From contig JAVRCV020000009.1 of assembly GCA_034530615.2 (NCBI GenBank), forward strand, positions 1 through 64,000: a stretch of DNA of 64,000 nucleotides. The letters run 5' to 3'. Numbering within the stretch: position 1 is the stretch's first letter; each line of letters begins with the position of its first letter. Of this stretch, positions 30,845 through 41,584 are shown in pieces. The translations under genes were made by a program, and so were the position numbers. Source of the stretch: Aulosira sp. ZfuVER01 (GTDB lineage: Bacteria; Cyanobacteriota; Cyanobacteriia; Cyanobacteriales; Nostocaceae). Below the pieces are notes generated by a model that was not told where the DNA came from, searched no databases, and was given only the letters and a program-made list of their open reading frames with translations.

Positions 30845-31972
30845 ATGGTTTCTACATTACAGACAAATCAACAAAAAATTGGCGTGGCGGTTATTGGTAC
30901 AGGTTTTGGGCAAAAAGTTCATATTCCTGGGTTGCAAGCACATCCGCAAACAGAGATAGTAGCTGTTTATCATCGAGATATCAATAAGGCTAAAGCGATC
31001 GCTCAATCTCAGCAAATTCCCCATGCTTGCGATACAATTGCAGACATTGTGAAGTTGCCAGCAGTGCAAGCAGTCACCATCGCCACACCACCATTTTTGC
31101 ACTACGAAATGGCAAAAACAGTACTGCAAGCCGGGAAACATTTATTACTGGAAAAACCCACAGCCTTAAACGCAGGTGAAGCTAAAGAACTTTATCAATT
31201 AGCTCAACAACAAGGTGTAATTGCTACTCTAGATTTTGAATTTCGCTTTGTGCCAGGATGGCAGAGATTTTCACAACTATTATCAGAGGGCTATGTAGGT
31301 AACAAGCGTCTGATTAGAATTGATTGGTTAGGTTCTTCCCGTGCAGATGCTTCCCGCCCTTGGAACTGGTATTCTTCCCAAGATAAGGGAGGTGGTGCAT
31401 TGGGGTCTTTAGGTTCCCACGCCTTCGATTATATTTATTGGCTATTTGGCCCAGTACGCAAATTAAGCGCTTATTTGAGTACCGCCATTCCCACACGCAT
31501 TGACCCCGCTAGCGGCGAAACCAAGCTAGTGAATACAGATGACACCTGCGTACTCACCTTGGAATTAGCAGATGGGACACCTTGCCAACTTACCATCAGT
31601 GCAGTTGTTCATGCACCGAGAACCCATTGGGTAGAAGTGTATGGCGATCGCGGTACTTTAGTTTTAGGCAGCGAAAATCAAAAAGATTACATCCACGGTT
31701 TTCGTGTTTGGGGTTCGCAACCAGGTAAAGCCTTAACTGAAATCGAAATCCCATCGGAGTTGATGTTTACCCAAAATCACGCCGATGGGCGCATTTCTGC
31801 ATTCATCCGTGTTGTAGACCAATGGGTACAAGGAATTTACAGCCAGCAACAAATAGTTCCATCCTTGCGAGAAGGAGTTTACTCTCAGTTATTGATGGAT
31901 TTATCCCATGAATCTCATAAAACAGCAAGCTGGGTGGATGTACCCAGCTTGGAAAGTTATCTTGGTAATTAA
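30845..31972 (+). CDS. Gfo/Idh/MocA family oxidoreductase
   Basis: GTGFG Rossmann, ATPP..H, LLEKP, GGG.L...GSH. Confidence 0.92.
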   Translation: MVSTLQTNQQKIGVAVIGTGFGQKVHIPGLQAHPQTEIVAVYHRDINKAKAIAQSQQIPHACDTIADIVKLPAVQAVTIATPPFLHYEMAKTVLQAGKHLLLEKPTALNAGEAKELYQLAQQQGVIATLDFEFRFVPGWQRFSQLLSEGYVGNKRLIRIDWLGSSRADASRPWNWYSSQDKGGGALGSLGSHAFDYIYWLFGPVRKLSAYLSTAIPTRIDPASGETKLVNTDDTCVLTLELADGTPCQLTISAVVHAPRTHWVEVYGDRGTLVLGSENQKDYIHGFRVWGSQPGKALTEIEIPSELMFTQNHADGRISAFIRVVDQWVQGIYSQQQIVPSLREGVYSQLLMDLSHESHKTASWVDVPSLESYLGN

Positions 31973-32038
31973 TAAAAATATGAGTATTTGTGTTACGAAA
32001 ACGCTTTTCTATAAAAATCTCATCACGGCAACTAAATC

Positions 32039-32857
32039 TCAAGCGACTAGCAATTTATCTCCAGGCGGAATGCTAGCTGTAACTGTGAGTTTGTTAGCTT
32101 GTTGATAGGCTGTAACAGCCTTTTTCGTACCCGGGCCAAACATCCCATCTGGTACTCCCGGATCGAAACCAAGTTTTTTGAGATTTTGTTGTAACTTTTT
32201 CACCTTCGGGCCGATACGGCCTTCTACAAGCGCAACTTCCTTAACAGTTTCAGCTTGCAGACGATCTAAAGTACCATTAAATCTGTTGCGGTCTACATCA
32301 CCTGGGATACCAGGAAAACCAGTTTGATCGCCTATGTATTGATGGAAAGTATGAATTTCCCAACCGCCGGGAATACTGGGAGTATTGGTTTCATAATGTG
32401 CAATCCACAAGTCATAGTCAGCAAAGCGTTTGGTGTTTCCCATCGTATCCCGCCAAAAACTCGGCCCAGTATAGATGATTGGTTTGTAACCTGTAGCTAC
32501 TTCTACAGCTTTTAAAACCTCAGCTACACGATCGAGTCTTTGGGTTAGACTCAAATCATACCAACTGTTAGCTGTTTCAATATCTACAACTGGGGGAAGA
32601 TCGCCTGCTTCCATTTCTAGATTTTGAGCGAAAATTTTTACCTGGGTGTCAATATCCTGGGTGGGACGAAAGAAGAAATATGCACCCCGAGTAATGCCCA
32701 CTTTCTTCATCGCAGGCCAGTAAGTAGAAAACAGGGTATCAGTATGGATCGTACCATCGTTGACTCTGGCAAAGGCAAAGCGAATGCCTTGGCTTTTTAC
32801 TTTCTCCCAATTGATATTTCCGCTGAATTCCGCGATATCAATACCTTCGACTGCCAT
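32039..32857 (-). CDS. GH25 muramidase (lysozyme) with C-terminal peptidoglycan-binding domain
   Basis: GID, LPPVVDIE, IIYT, LWIAHY, DVDRN; LQQ.L..LGF....DG.FGP.T..AV..YQ. Confidence 0.9.
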   Translation of the reverse strand: MAVEGIDIAEFSGNINWEKVKSQGIRFAFARVNDGTIHTDTLFSTYWPAMKKVGITRGAYFFFRPTQDIDTQVKIFAQNLEMEAGDLPPVVDIETANSWYDLSLTQRLDRVAEVLKAVEVATGYKPIIYTGPSFWRDTMGNTKRFADYDLWIAHYETNTPSIPGGWEIHTFHQYIGDQTGFPGIPGDVDRNRFNGTLDRLQAETVKEVALVEGRIGPKVKKLQQNLKKLGFDPGVPDGMFGPGTKKAVTAYQQANKLTVTASIPPGDKLLVA

Positions 32858-32968
32858 AGGTAGTTGTCCTTGAATATAATCAAACTGCAATCAACTACCA
32901 ATAAATAGCAGACGCTTACGGAAATTGTGTGAGTAGGTGAGTAAAATATTTACAAAGAGCAATGCTAC

Positions 32969-33523
32969 TTAGCGGTGACGAAATTCCACTTCTTTTTCCA
33001 AAATCTTGATATCGTAGTTGTCAAAGAAATCGTGACCCAATAGACCGATAGAAGCTTTAGGAGCGATCGCAACCTCAAGATTATTAGCTGAAGCTGAACC
33101 AACACTCATGTATTGTACCTGACTAGTCAAAAATTGCACTTCTGTACCATCTGCAATTTGGGCGTTTATCTTACCTGTAGGCTGAAGTTTGAGAGCATTT
33201 GCCATTTTGAGAGTGATCAGAGTGCTGCTAGCACCAGTATCTAAAATCATCTCAAAAGTTTGTTGCTGATTGAAAGTGACATCAATGACAGGAGTTTTAC
33301 CCATACGACGTTTAATGGGAACCCGAAAAATTTTGCTATCTATGGGTGTTATACCGCAAAGTTTTCCTAAACTGATAGTTCTCCCAGAGGAAGTTACCAT
33401 AAAACAGCTTCCTGGATCGTTAGCTGTAGCTCGATGCAGAAATGCTAAAAATATCAGCGTTGGCATTGATGCCATCACAGCTAGGTTAATAGTCAGCATC
33501 CAACGCCTGTTAGCATCTTTCAT
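32969..33523 (-). CDS. Retropepsin-like aspartic protease
   Basis: ILDTGAS and LLG.DF motifs; N-terminal signal and C..L..LC segment. Confidence 0.88.
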   Translation of the reverse strand: MKDANRRWMLTINLAVMASMPTLIFLAFLHRATANDPGSCFMVTSSGRTISLGKLCGITPIDSKIFRVPIKRRMGKTPVIDVTFNQQQTFEMILDTGASSTLITLKMANALKLQPTGKINAQIADGTEVQFLTSQVQYMSVGSASANNLEVAIAPKASIGLLGHDFFDNYDIKILEKEVEFRHR

Positions 33524-33663
33524 GTGCTTTTGAGCTCCAAATTTGGTATTACCCCTTATTATTTAGATTACCCAGATTGAGGCAAAAGTTTTAACTTGTG
33601 AAGCAATTTGCCATCAATTTTGAATTTTAGATTGGAGAATGTAGTCCAAAATCTAAATTTAAT

Positions 33664-34152
33664 TCACTTAATATATAGTGCGGCGATCGGCTCTTTATTT
33701 CTGCTAGGAAGGGTTTGGTTAATATCCAACATCAAAATAGTAGTTGGCTCACTTTTCTGGTTAAGAATAGCAATGCGGCTCACCCAAGTTGGTAGTCCAA
33801 TATTATGGAAAGATTGTGGTACAGGTTGAATACTTGTTTCACTTATCGAAAGCATATTGGGAGGTGCATCTACTTGAATACCATATAATTCTCCAGCACT
33901 TCCTTGAGCAATTATCAGAAAACGTCCTGAATGATCATTTTCTTGATGATTATAGTTAGGGTTAAGGTGAGAGTGAAGATTAACAAGCATCACTGTCCGC
34001 TGACCCATTTGCGCAAGTTTTGCTTCCCGGAGTGTTTGACTAAGCTCAACAGGACAAGTCACAACTTTAAAAACACTGTCAATCGGTAATGCCAGTATGT
34101 ATGTATAAACTTTAAAGATAATATACTTTTCTTCAGCGACAAATTTATTCAT
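33664..34152 (-). CDS. cheW: CheW-like protein
   Basis: ALPIDSV.KVV, GI.VD; follows cheA. Confidence 0.8.
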   Translation of the reverse strand: MNKFVAEEKYIIFKVYTYILALPIDSVFKVVTCPVELSQTLREAKLAQMGQRTVMLVNLHSHLNPNYNHQENDHSGRFLIIAQGSAGELYGIQVDAPPNMLSISETSIQPVPQSFHNIGLPTWVSRIAILNQKSEPTTILMLDINQTLPSRNKEPIAALYIK

Positions 34153-34200
34153 AATACAATTTAATTTAATTAGTCAATTATTGCTTTATATTTAACAATG

Positions 34201-37191
34201 CTAGTGATTTTTACTATAAAAAACAAAGTTTGCTTTTATAGAATTAAGCACTTGCGACATTGTTAAGAGTAATTGTTGTTCGGAGTAAGGTTTAGTTAAG
34301 TAAGCAGAAGCACCTAATTTAAGTGCTAATTGACGGTGTTTAATAGCAGTGCGAGAACTTAAAATTAGGACTGGAATTTGAGATAAATATTTATCGGATT
34401 TACAGTGACCTAAAAATTCAAAACCATTCATCCGGGGCATTTCAATATCGCAGATAATTAAATCGACTTCCGGATGTGCTTGAAAATGGGATATGGCTTC
34501 ATAACCATCACGAGCCTGTAAAGTTTGATAACCAGCTTTTTGTAGAGTATAAATTAACGCTTGACGCAGCGTTACCGAATCATCCACAATCATCACTATA
34601 CGCTTTTTGTCTTCTAATTTCGTTGGCAATATTGGTTTTGATTGGGAATTTGCTGCTAGGAATCGAGAAGGTGTATTTGTAGATGTTTGTTTCCAAGTTT
34701 CCATCACCTGTATTTCTTGATGAAGAACATGATCTAGTAATGCAGCACCGTTAATTACTAGTGTCAACCTACCATCAGCTAAAATTGTGCCGCCGTAAAC
34801 ATATCCGGGAGTTGGTACTAACTTGCTAAAAGGACGAATTACTAATTCTTGTTCCCAAATAATTCTATCTACTTCTAGAGCCAATAATTGTTCTTGGCAA
34901 AGCACAATTAGTAATGGGAGTACTGTATTGCTTTCTTTTGTTTGGGTTTCTGAAAGATGTTGTGTAGTTTGATGGCTGGAGTAATCAAGAATTTCTTCAA
35001 GTCGATAAATGCGAATAAGTTCGCCTTCATCGAGGTTATTGTTCATATAGTTTTTCGTCAAACGTAAAACTCTACCATGTTCTGAATATTGAATTTGTCC
35101 GGTTTTTGGTAAAAGTATTTGGTCGATGGTATCAGCTGCTAAGGCATAGACTTTTTTACCAGCTTGACAAACTAAAAGTTTATTAATACTGAGACTTAAA
35201 GGAATTTGTAAAGAGAATGTTGTGCCCTTTTGGGTTTCTGTATGTACAGCGACAGAACCTTGAATAGCATGAAGTTGGACTTTGACAACATCAAGTCCAA
35301 CACCACGACCGGAAATATCATTAACTTGTTTTGCTGTAGAAAAACCTGGTTCAAAAAGTAATTCTGCTAGTTGGGATTCGGTTTTATTCCGGCTAGTTTC
35401 TTGTGTAATTAATCCGCGTTCAATTGCATGTTGTCGGATGGCTTCAAAATCCAGACCTTCGCCATCATCACGAACATCAATAATTAATTGACTGCCTTGG
35501 TAATAAGCACGAATTTCAATTAGACCTTTTATAGTTTTACCACGTAAATTTCTCATTTCCGCAGTTTCTATACCGTGATCGAAAGCATTACGCACTAGAT
35601 GTAACAGTGGTTCATAAAGACGTTCGGCAATAGCTTTTTCAACTAATACATCCGAGCCTTTAATAGTTAATTTAATTTGTTTATTATGTTTTTTCTGTAG
35701 TTGTTCTAAAACTGGATGTAGTCGATTTAAAATATTACCTAAAGGCAGCATTCTTGCTTCTAACAGAACATCGCGAGAATTTGTCAGAAGTTTTTGTTGC
35801 TTTTTTAAAAGTTGTGTAGTTTGGCGATTGACTTGCTCAAGGGTGTCAATTTCTTGTTCAAGGGCTGCGGCTTCTTCAATTAAACTTTGACTAAATACTT
35901 GAAATTTACTATAAGAGTCTAGTTCTAATACATCAAAATTATCAGAGTTTTTGCTAGAGAAAAATGAGCGAACTAGACTTAAAGTATCGTTATTATCTAG
36001 CTCATAATCTATCAGTAAAGGATTTGACCAATCCTGCAAATCACCTAACATCTGTTGGAATAGTCGCAAGCGACTCAGCAGTTTTCGCAGAGAATTGCGC
36101 ATTCTGCCATCTTGCAAAAATTGGCGATTTTGATTGGTGAGTAATTCTGCATTCAAGTAATTTAATTGTTCAAGATGCTCGACATTTACTCGCACAATTT
36201 TGGGGAAAGGTGCAGTAGAAGTAGTATGAGTTTCTTCCATCATGGGTACAGATTCCACTGGCTGATTTATTGGTGGGGTTTGACTTGAACCCTTTAAAGG
36301 AGCAGTAATTTTGTTATCTATCTTGCTGGTTATTTGAGCATCTTGTTCGCTATCTGCGATGGGAACTGTTATAAGATTTTCCTCTTCTACTTCACTGCTA
36401 CTTAAAGAAGCGAGTTGCAGTAAAGCGGAACTGGGACATCCAGCTTGAGGATTTTTACACTCAAGAATTTCTATGCAGCAGGAGCGAAAATCTTCTAGTG
36501 CCAATCGCGCAATTTTGCGGACTGCTCGCGGATTACAATCGAGAGCAGCTATTGTTGTCTGGGCAATATTTAAACAACCAGTCAGCCCTATAGCCTGTCC
36601 ATAACCGCGAAACAGTTCTGCTGTCTGACGGAGAATAGCCTCAGTATCCTTGGGTTTAGTGGATGCGATCGCATTCACACTTTTCTCAATTTCAGGGATA
36701 ATGCTACTCTCAAGCAGCATTTTAATACTATCAAAGCTAATTTCGCTCGTTGTCTCTACTTCTTGCTCCTGCTCCTCAACTAAAAAATTTCCCAATTTCG
36801 CTTGTAACTGCGATAAAACGTGAGCAAAAGTCTCGATAACGTTATCTGTATCCACATAAGAACCAGTTAATTCTGCCATCAACGGGTCACGCAAACACTC
36901 ATAACTTTCAAAAAATAATTCTTGCAGTTCCTTATCAATAATTACTTCTGGTGTTTGAATTGCCCGAAACACATCTTCCAGGGAATGAGCAATATTTTTA
37001 ATTGTCTCTAATCCCAAAGTTGCTGCAATACTTTTCAATGTATGAGTGGCTCGCATCAAAATACGAACCTGCTCAATATTATTAGCCTCTGGTTGTAAAC
37101 TCAGTAATGCCTCCTCAAGCATACTGAGAAGTTCTGGAGCTTCTAAAGAAAAGTGGTGAAAAAGCTGTGCTTGATAGTTTGAATCCGGCAT
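34201..37191 (-). CDS. cheA: CheA-like hybrid kinase (Hpt, HATPase, CheW, receiver)
   Basis: R..HTLK Hpt, HLVRNAFDHG, DDG.G, SGRGVGLDVV, DIEMP; start MPDS at 37191. Confidence 0.93.
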   Translation of the reverse strand: MPDSNYQAQLFHHFSLEAPELLSMLEEALLSLQPEANNIEQVRILMRATHTLKSIAATLGLETIKNIAHSLEDVFRAIQTPEVIIDKELQELFFESYECLRDPLMAELTGSYVDTDNVIETFAHVLSQLQAKLGNFLVEEQEQEVETTSEISFDSIKMLLESSIIPEIEKSVNAIASTKPKDTEAILRQTAELFRGYGQAIGLTGCLNIAQTTIAALDCNPRAVRKIARLALEDFRSCCIEILECKNPQAGCPSSALLQLASLSSSEVEEENLITVPIADSEQDAQITSKIDNKITAPLKGSSQTPPINQPVESVPMMEETHTTSTAPFPKIVRVNVEHLEQLNYLNAELLTNQNRQFLQDGRMRNSLRKLLSRLRLFQQMLGDLQDWSNPLLIDYELDNNDTLSLVRSFFSSKNSDNFDVLELDSYSKFQVFSQSLIEEAAALEQEIDTLEQVNRQTTQLLKKQQKLLTNSRDVLLEARMLPLGNILNRLHPVLEQLQKKHNKQIKLTIKGSDVLVEKAIAERLYEPLLHLVRNAFDHGIETAEMRNLRGKTIKGLIEIRAYYQGSQLIIDVRDDGEGLDFEAIRQHAIERGLITQETSRNKTESQLAELLFEPGFSTAKQVNDISGRGVGLDVVKVQLHAIQGSVAVHTETQKGTTFSLQIPLSLSINKLLVCQAGKKVYALAADTIDQILLPKTGQIQYSEHGRVLRLTKNYMNNNLDEGELIRIYRLEEILDYSSHQTTQHLSETQTKESNTVLPLLIVLCQEQLLALEVDRIIWEQELVIRPFSKLVPTPGYVYGGTILADGRLTLVINGAALLDHVLHQEIQVMETWKQTSTNTPSRFLAANSQSKPILPTKLEDKKRIVMIVDDSVTLRQALIYTLQKAGYQTLQARDGYEAISHFQAHPEVDLIICDIEMPRMNGFEFLGHCKSDKYLSQIPVLILSSRTAIKHRQLALKLGASAYLTKPYSEQQLLLTMSQVLNSIKANFVFYSKNH

Positions 37192-37207
37192 TTTATTTAG
37201 ATAATTA

Positions 37208-37263
37208 TGGGGCATAGGGCATGGGGCATGGGGCATGGGGCATTGGGTATTGGGCATGGGGCA
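37208..37263. repeat. STRR heptamer array (GGGGCAT)n
   Basis: About 8 tandem heptamers between the MCP gene and cheA. Confidence 0.9.
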
Positions 37264-37351
37264 ATAGTCATTAGTTATTTCTCCTCGTCCCCGCGTCTTT
37301 GCGTCTTTTGTTCCTTCCCTAATTCCTTCTGCCTCCTGCCTCCTGCCTTCT

Positions 37352-40300
37352 TCAATCGTTCCCTTCTACCGAAGAACTACGAGTGACCTTAAACTGGCTA
37401 GCGCTGAGTTGCAAATCTTGTGCCATTGTCAACAGTTCCTTAAACGATGCCGATAACTTAATTGAATCAGCAGAAGTTTTGTTCGCAATTCCCGCCACAT
37501 CAGTCATCGTTTGCGTGATTGACTGGGATTGTTGATTTTGGACTTGGGTAGTATGGGTAATCCTTTCTACCAATTCGCTAATTTGGGTTGTCGCTTCGAC
37601 AATTGCATTCAACTGTTGACGAACTTCGGTGACTAACTTAGTACCTTCAACAACTTGCTGAATTCCTGTATCCATCGCCGCCGCTACTTCCGTAGTTCCG
37701 GCTTGAATTTCTTGCACCAATTCTTCGATTTCGGCGGTTGCTTCCGCAGATTGTCCGGCTAAAGAACGTACCTCATCTGCAACTACAGCAAATCCTCGTC
37801 CGTGTTCTCCGGCTTTGGTGGCTTCAATTGCTGCGTTAAGTGCCAAAATTTGGGTTTGGGTGGTGAAACTACTAATCAAACTGACTACACGGGAGACTTT
37901 TTGACCAGATTCGCTAAGGCGTTTGATGCGTTTGCTGGTTTCTGCTACTGTTTCTCGAATTCCGGTAATGCCATCTACAGTCTTATTCATGGCACTTTCA
38001 CCTTCTTTAACAGTCTGGTTGGTTTTCTGCACCGCTTCTTCAACTAATCTGGCACTAGTAGCAACGGCTTCAGTGGAAGCTACCATTTCTTGAATTTGCT
38101 CGACAGCTTGAGAAAGGGCTTGGAATTGTTGCTGTGCTTGGTTAGCTAGTTCCACAATTGAGGATTCGCTGTTTTGTGAGGTACTGGCGACTGCTTGCGA
38201 GGCTTGTTGTACTTGAGTCACTAACTGACGCAGATTTTCTAAGGTGTTGTTGTAAGTGTCAGCAATTTTCCCGACTTCATCACCCGTAACTGGCGCACGC
38301 ACAGTTAAATCGCCTTGGAGTGCTGGTTGTACAGCAGACAGCAGTTGGGCTACTTCTTGTTGTAATGCTTCGTTGGCTTGTTTTTCTCGTTGTGCAGCTT
38401 CGCTGAGTTGTTGCGACTGAATTTCCAGTTGTTCCAAATACTCGGATTGTTGCAATACAATACCCAACTGCGTTGCAACTTGAATTAGGAGATTGACTTC
38501 ACCTTCTTCCCAATGGCGAGGTGCTGTATTTTGGTAAGTCAACAATAAGCCCCAAAGTTGTTGTTCGCCTTTAAACAAGGGTGCAGCAATGTAAGCTTTG
38601 GCTCCCCATTGTTCTAAAATTTCGCGGCTGAAGGTTAAGTCAGATGAATGATTGATATCATGGATGGCACTCGGCTCGTTTTTGCGATAGCGACCACCAG
38701 AACTTTCTTGTAAAACGGGGTCAGCAATTACCGCCATATCGCTACCAGCCAGCTTGAGGTAGCCGCTACCAACATCTTCAATGATAAATTCACCACTCCA
38801 ATCGGGACTAAAGCGATAAATAGCAACGCGGTCTACATTTAATAATTGGCGGAGTTCTTGAGTAATAGAACGGAAGAGTGAATCAGGGTTAAAGTTCTTT
38901 TGTTGCAGGCGTTCAACTATCCGTTGTCCAATTTTGAAGATGAACTGGACAAAATTAGTTTCTCGTTCTGCCAATTTAGAAAGCTGTTCTGATTGTTGCC
39001 TGACATCTTCTAAGTATTTTACTTGTTTGAGAGCCATCCCCACTTGAATCCCTACTTGGATGAGGGAACTTAATTCTCCTTTCTCCCAAACTCTGGGCTT
39101 GTCGTTTTGATAGGCTCCCAACAAGCCCCATAATTTATCACCTGTAAACACTGGCACAATCATGTATGCCCTAGCTTCCATCTGCTCTAAAAGTTCGATG
39201 TGGCAAGGTGCGTGTCCGCTAGTGTAGATATCATTGACGATAATGGAACCGTTGTCTTTATAGCGACCACCTTGGGTTTCTTGGAGGTGAGAATCTTCAA
39301 TGATGGGAATGATGTCTAATAAACGATTCCAGCCACTAGCAGCCGATTCGGCAATGAAATGCCCAGTCCAATTTGGATTAAATTGATACAGCGCCACACG
39401 GTTGCAAGTGAGCATTTGGCGGGTTTCTTGGGTAGCAATTTTAAAAATCGTGTCGATGCGTTCGTTTGCCAAATTTTCCCGCACCTGTACTGATGAGCGA
39501 AAAATCGCTTCCAAATCCATTGTGCGTGACAGACGGGTGGTAATTCGAGCTAGTGCTTGTTCGCGAGCTGCGGAACGCTCAATTTGTTTGGAGGAATTCT
39601 CAATTTTTAACTGTGTCTCCATCTGCTGTATCGTCACCACCAGCGGCGAACTTAACTGGAGCATGAAGTTAATTTCTGAATTTTGCCAAACTCTGGGTTT
39701 GTCATTTTGATATGCTGCCAACAATCCCCACAATTTACCATCAACAAACAAGGGTACAATCATGTAGGCACGACATTGGTATTTCTCTAGAACCTCCAGG
39801 TAGCAAGAGGAATAGCCCATTTCGTAGATGTCATTAACACATTTAAATCGCTCTCCCCGCGCATATTGACCACCTTTGGTATCTCGCAGATAAGTATCGA
39901 CATCGGCGGAAGAAGCAGTGAGTTTGCTAATAGTACAGCGATCGTACTCAATTAAGTTGGCGCGTAAGCTAGTGTTATGGGCCTGTTCGTCTACCACTGA
40001 TATCCAACCAGCACCGACAGACTCAGCAATAAACTGACCACTCCAATCTTCATGAAAGCAGTAAATGCCGACGCGATCGCACTTGAGAAGGCGACGAATT
40101 TCTACTGTCGCAAAACGGAAAAGATTTTCAAAATTTGGCGACTGTCCAATTTTTTGCGTAATCCGAGCCACTAATTGCTCTTGCTCTGAGCGTTCTTGTA
40201 GCAACATTTGAAATTGCAATGGTTGCAAACATAGCAAGAAATCACGCACAACTTGATTGAGGAGAGTAATTTCTTGCTCTTGCCAATTGCGCGGATTAGA

Positions 40301-40873
40301 GCATTGCTGAACTGCTAATATTCCCCAAACATTACCATTAAGATACAAAGAGATATTTAAACTGGCCTGAATTTGAAACTGTTGCCAGAGTTTGCGTTGG
40401 TCTGGAGTGAGAGGCCCGGTTTCTAAATCATCGTAGCGAATTGTAGACTGATTACCATAGTCTGTAACTTGCTCAAAACCAAATACGACAATTGGCATTT
40501 CATCCCGCATTGCAGGTGTATATCCCCGCGCCACTGACTCTGCAACTACAACACCAGAACTTTCTCCATCAAATTGATAAATTAATACACGTTCAGCTAC
40601 TAAAGCTTCACGGATAGCCTTAACTACTATTTGATAAAGTTCTGTAACTGAAGATGCTTGTTGTATTTGTTGGGCAATTTCTGTAACTTGCTGATTTAAA
40701 ACAGCAAGCATATCTTCTGAGGTAATTTCTTTAATTTGAACCTGTTTTGCCTGGGAAACTTCCACAGTTCTTTCTGTCTGTTTTCTATTTTCAGTTGTAG
40801 AAGCCGAAGATTTCTGTGTTCTATTTTGAGGTTTTACATTACTGTTGGGAGTTAAATCTATTTCATTACTCAT
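37352..40873 (-). CDS. Soluble methyl-accepting photoreceptor with four GAF domains (PixJ/PtxD-like cyanobacteriochrome)
   Basis: Four R..L...RV..Y.F GAF starts; CY and CH bilin-Cys in GAF2 and GAF3; [25 protein letters not shown] signalling domain; no TM helix seen. Confidence 0.92.
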   Translation of the reverse strand: MSNEIDLTPNSNVKPQNRTQKSSASTTENRKQTERTVEVSQAKQVQIKEITSEDMLAVLNQQVTEIAQQIQQASSVTELYQIVVKAIREALVAERVLIYQFDGESSGVVVAESVARGYTPAMRDEMPIVVFGFEQVTDYGNQSTIRYDDLETGPLTPDQRKLWQQFQIQASLNISLYLNGNVWGILAVQQCSNPRNWQEQEITLLNQVVRDFLLCLQPLQFQMLLQERSEQEQLVARITQKIGQSPNFENLFRFATVEIRRLLKCDRVGIYCFHEDWSGQFIAESVGAGWISVVDEQAHNTSLRANLIEYDRCTISKLTASSADVDTYLRDTKGGQYARGERFKCVNDIYEMGYSSCYLEVLEKYQCRAYMIVPLFVDGKLWGLLAAYQNDKPRVWQNSEINFMLQLSSPLVVTIQQMETQLKIENSSKQIERSAAREQALARITTRLSRTMDLEAIFRSSVQVRENLANERIDTIFKIATQETRQMLTCNRVALYQFNPNWTGHFIAESAASGWNRLLDIIPIIEDSHLQETQGGRYKDNGSIIVNDIYTSGHAPCHIELLEQMEARAYMIVPVFTGDKLWGLLGAYQNDKPRVWEKGELSSLIQVGIQVGMALKQVKYLEDVRQQSEQLSKLAERETNFVQFIFKIGQRIVERLQQKNFNPDSLFRSITQELRQLLNVDRVAIYRFSPDWSGEFIIEDVGSGYLKLAGSDMAVIADPVLQESSGGRYRKNEPSAIHDINHSSDLTFSREILEQWGAKAYIAAPLFKGEQQLWGLLLTYQNTAPRHWEEGEVNLLIQVATQLGIVLQQSEYLEQLEIQSQQLSEAAQREKQANEALQQEVAQLLSAVQPALQGDLTVRAPVTGDEVGKIADTYNNTLENLRQLVTQVQQASQAVASTSQNSESSIVELANQAQQQFQALSQAVEQIQEMVASTEAVATSARLVEEAVQKTNQTVKEGESAMNKTVDGITGIRETVAETSKRIKRLSESGQKVSRVVSLISSFTTQTQILALNAAIEATKAGEHGRGFAVVADEVRSLAGQSAEATAEIEELVQEIQAGTTEVAAAMDTGIQQVVEGTKLVTEVRQQLNAIVEATTQISELVERITHTTQVQNQQSQSITQTMTDVAGIANKTSADSIKLSASFKELLTMAQDLQLSASQFKVTRSSSVEGND

Positions 40874-41026
40874 AAAAAAATCCTCAGTATATTTTTTGTA
40901 TTAGGGCACTCTGGAATACTTCATGAATTAGCAGAAATAACCTTTTATATTTCTAATTCATTTAGTTGATTTTACTTGTAAATAAGCAGCAAATGCTGGT
41001 CAATTGATATATTCAATAAATCAACA

Positions 41027-41542
41027 TTATAGAAAAAATTGCACAACTGCTTTGGGATTAAAAACTGTTGAACCTTTTGGTAAATATCCTGTGATAAAAG
41101 GAAGTAACTGCGCTGGAAATGAACCAAGCTTTGCAGGTAAAATTCCCCGAAGATCGTGAAGTTCAATTTCATTGACCGATTTAACTACCATACCAAAACA
41201 ATAGTTATCAACTTGTAAAACAATAGCTATTGGTTGCCGTAATAGAGGCACTTGCTCAAACAGAGGTGTACCACCAATCAGATGCTCTAAATCGATTAAC
41301 CATAACATTTCACCTCGCCAGTTATAAGCACCTAAAACACTACTTGGAGTTTCGGGAACAATCAAAATGTCATCTAAGGATATCCGCATAATTTCTGTAA
41401 TTTGTTCAAGCGGTATCAAACTATTTCCAAATGTTCCTATAGGGAAACTTAGTAAGCGCCTGCGATGATCTTCTACAGGTACATCAAGTAGTGAATGAGC
41501 TAAGTTAGTTGTTTTTAAAACTGAATCAAGGGATGGTAGCAT
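41027..41542 (-). CDS. cheW: CheW protein
   Basis: VP.....LG.YNWRGEMLWLIDL motif. Confidence 0.9.
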   Translation of the reverse strand: MLPSLDSVLKTTNLAHSLLDVPVEDHRRRLLSFPIGTFGNSLIPLEQITEIMRISLDDILIVPETPSSVLGAYNWRGEMLWLIDLEHLIGGTPLFEQVPLLRQPIAIVLQVDNYCFGMVVKSVNEIELHDLRGILPAKLGSFPAQLLPFITGYLPKGSTVFNPKAVVQFFL

Positions 41543-41584
41543 TTTTATTTATTAGTTTTATTGATAATAGAAAATCTAAAAATA

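Noticed and set aside
32039..33523. Prophage or retroelement from lysozyme plus retropepsin
   Set aside because: No integrase, structural, holin or reverse transcriptase genes; both families occur as stand-alone cyanobacterial genes
37192..37257. N-terminal extension MPNTQCPMPHAPCPMPH of CheA
   Set aside because: It is translation of the (GGGGCAT)n STRR array; the start at 37191 is more plausible
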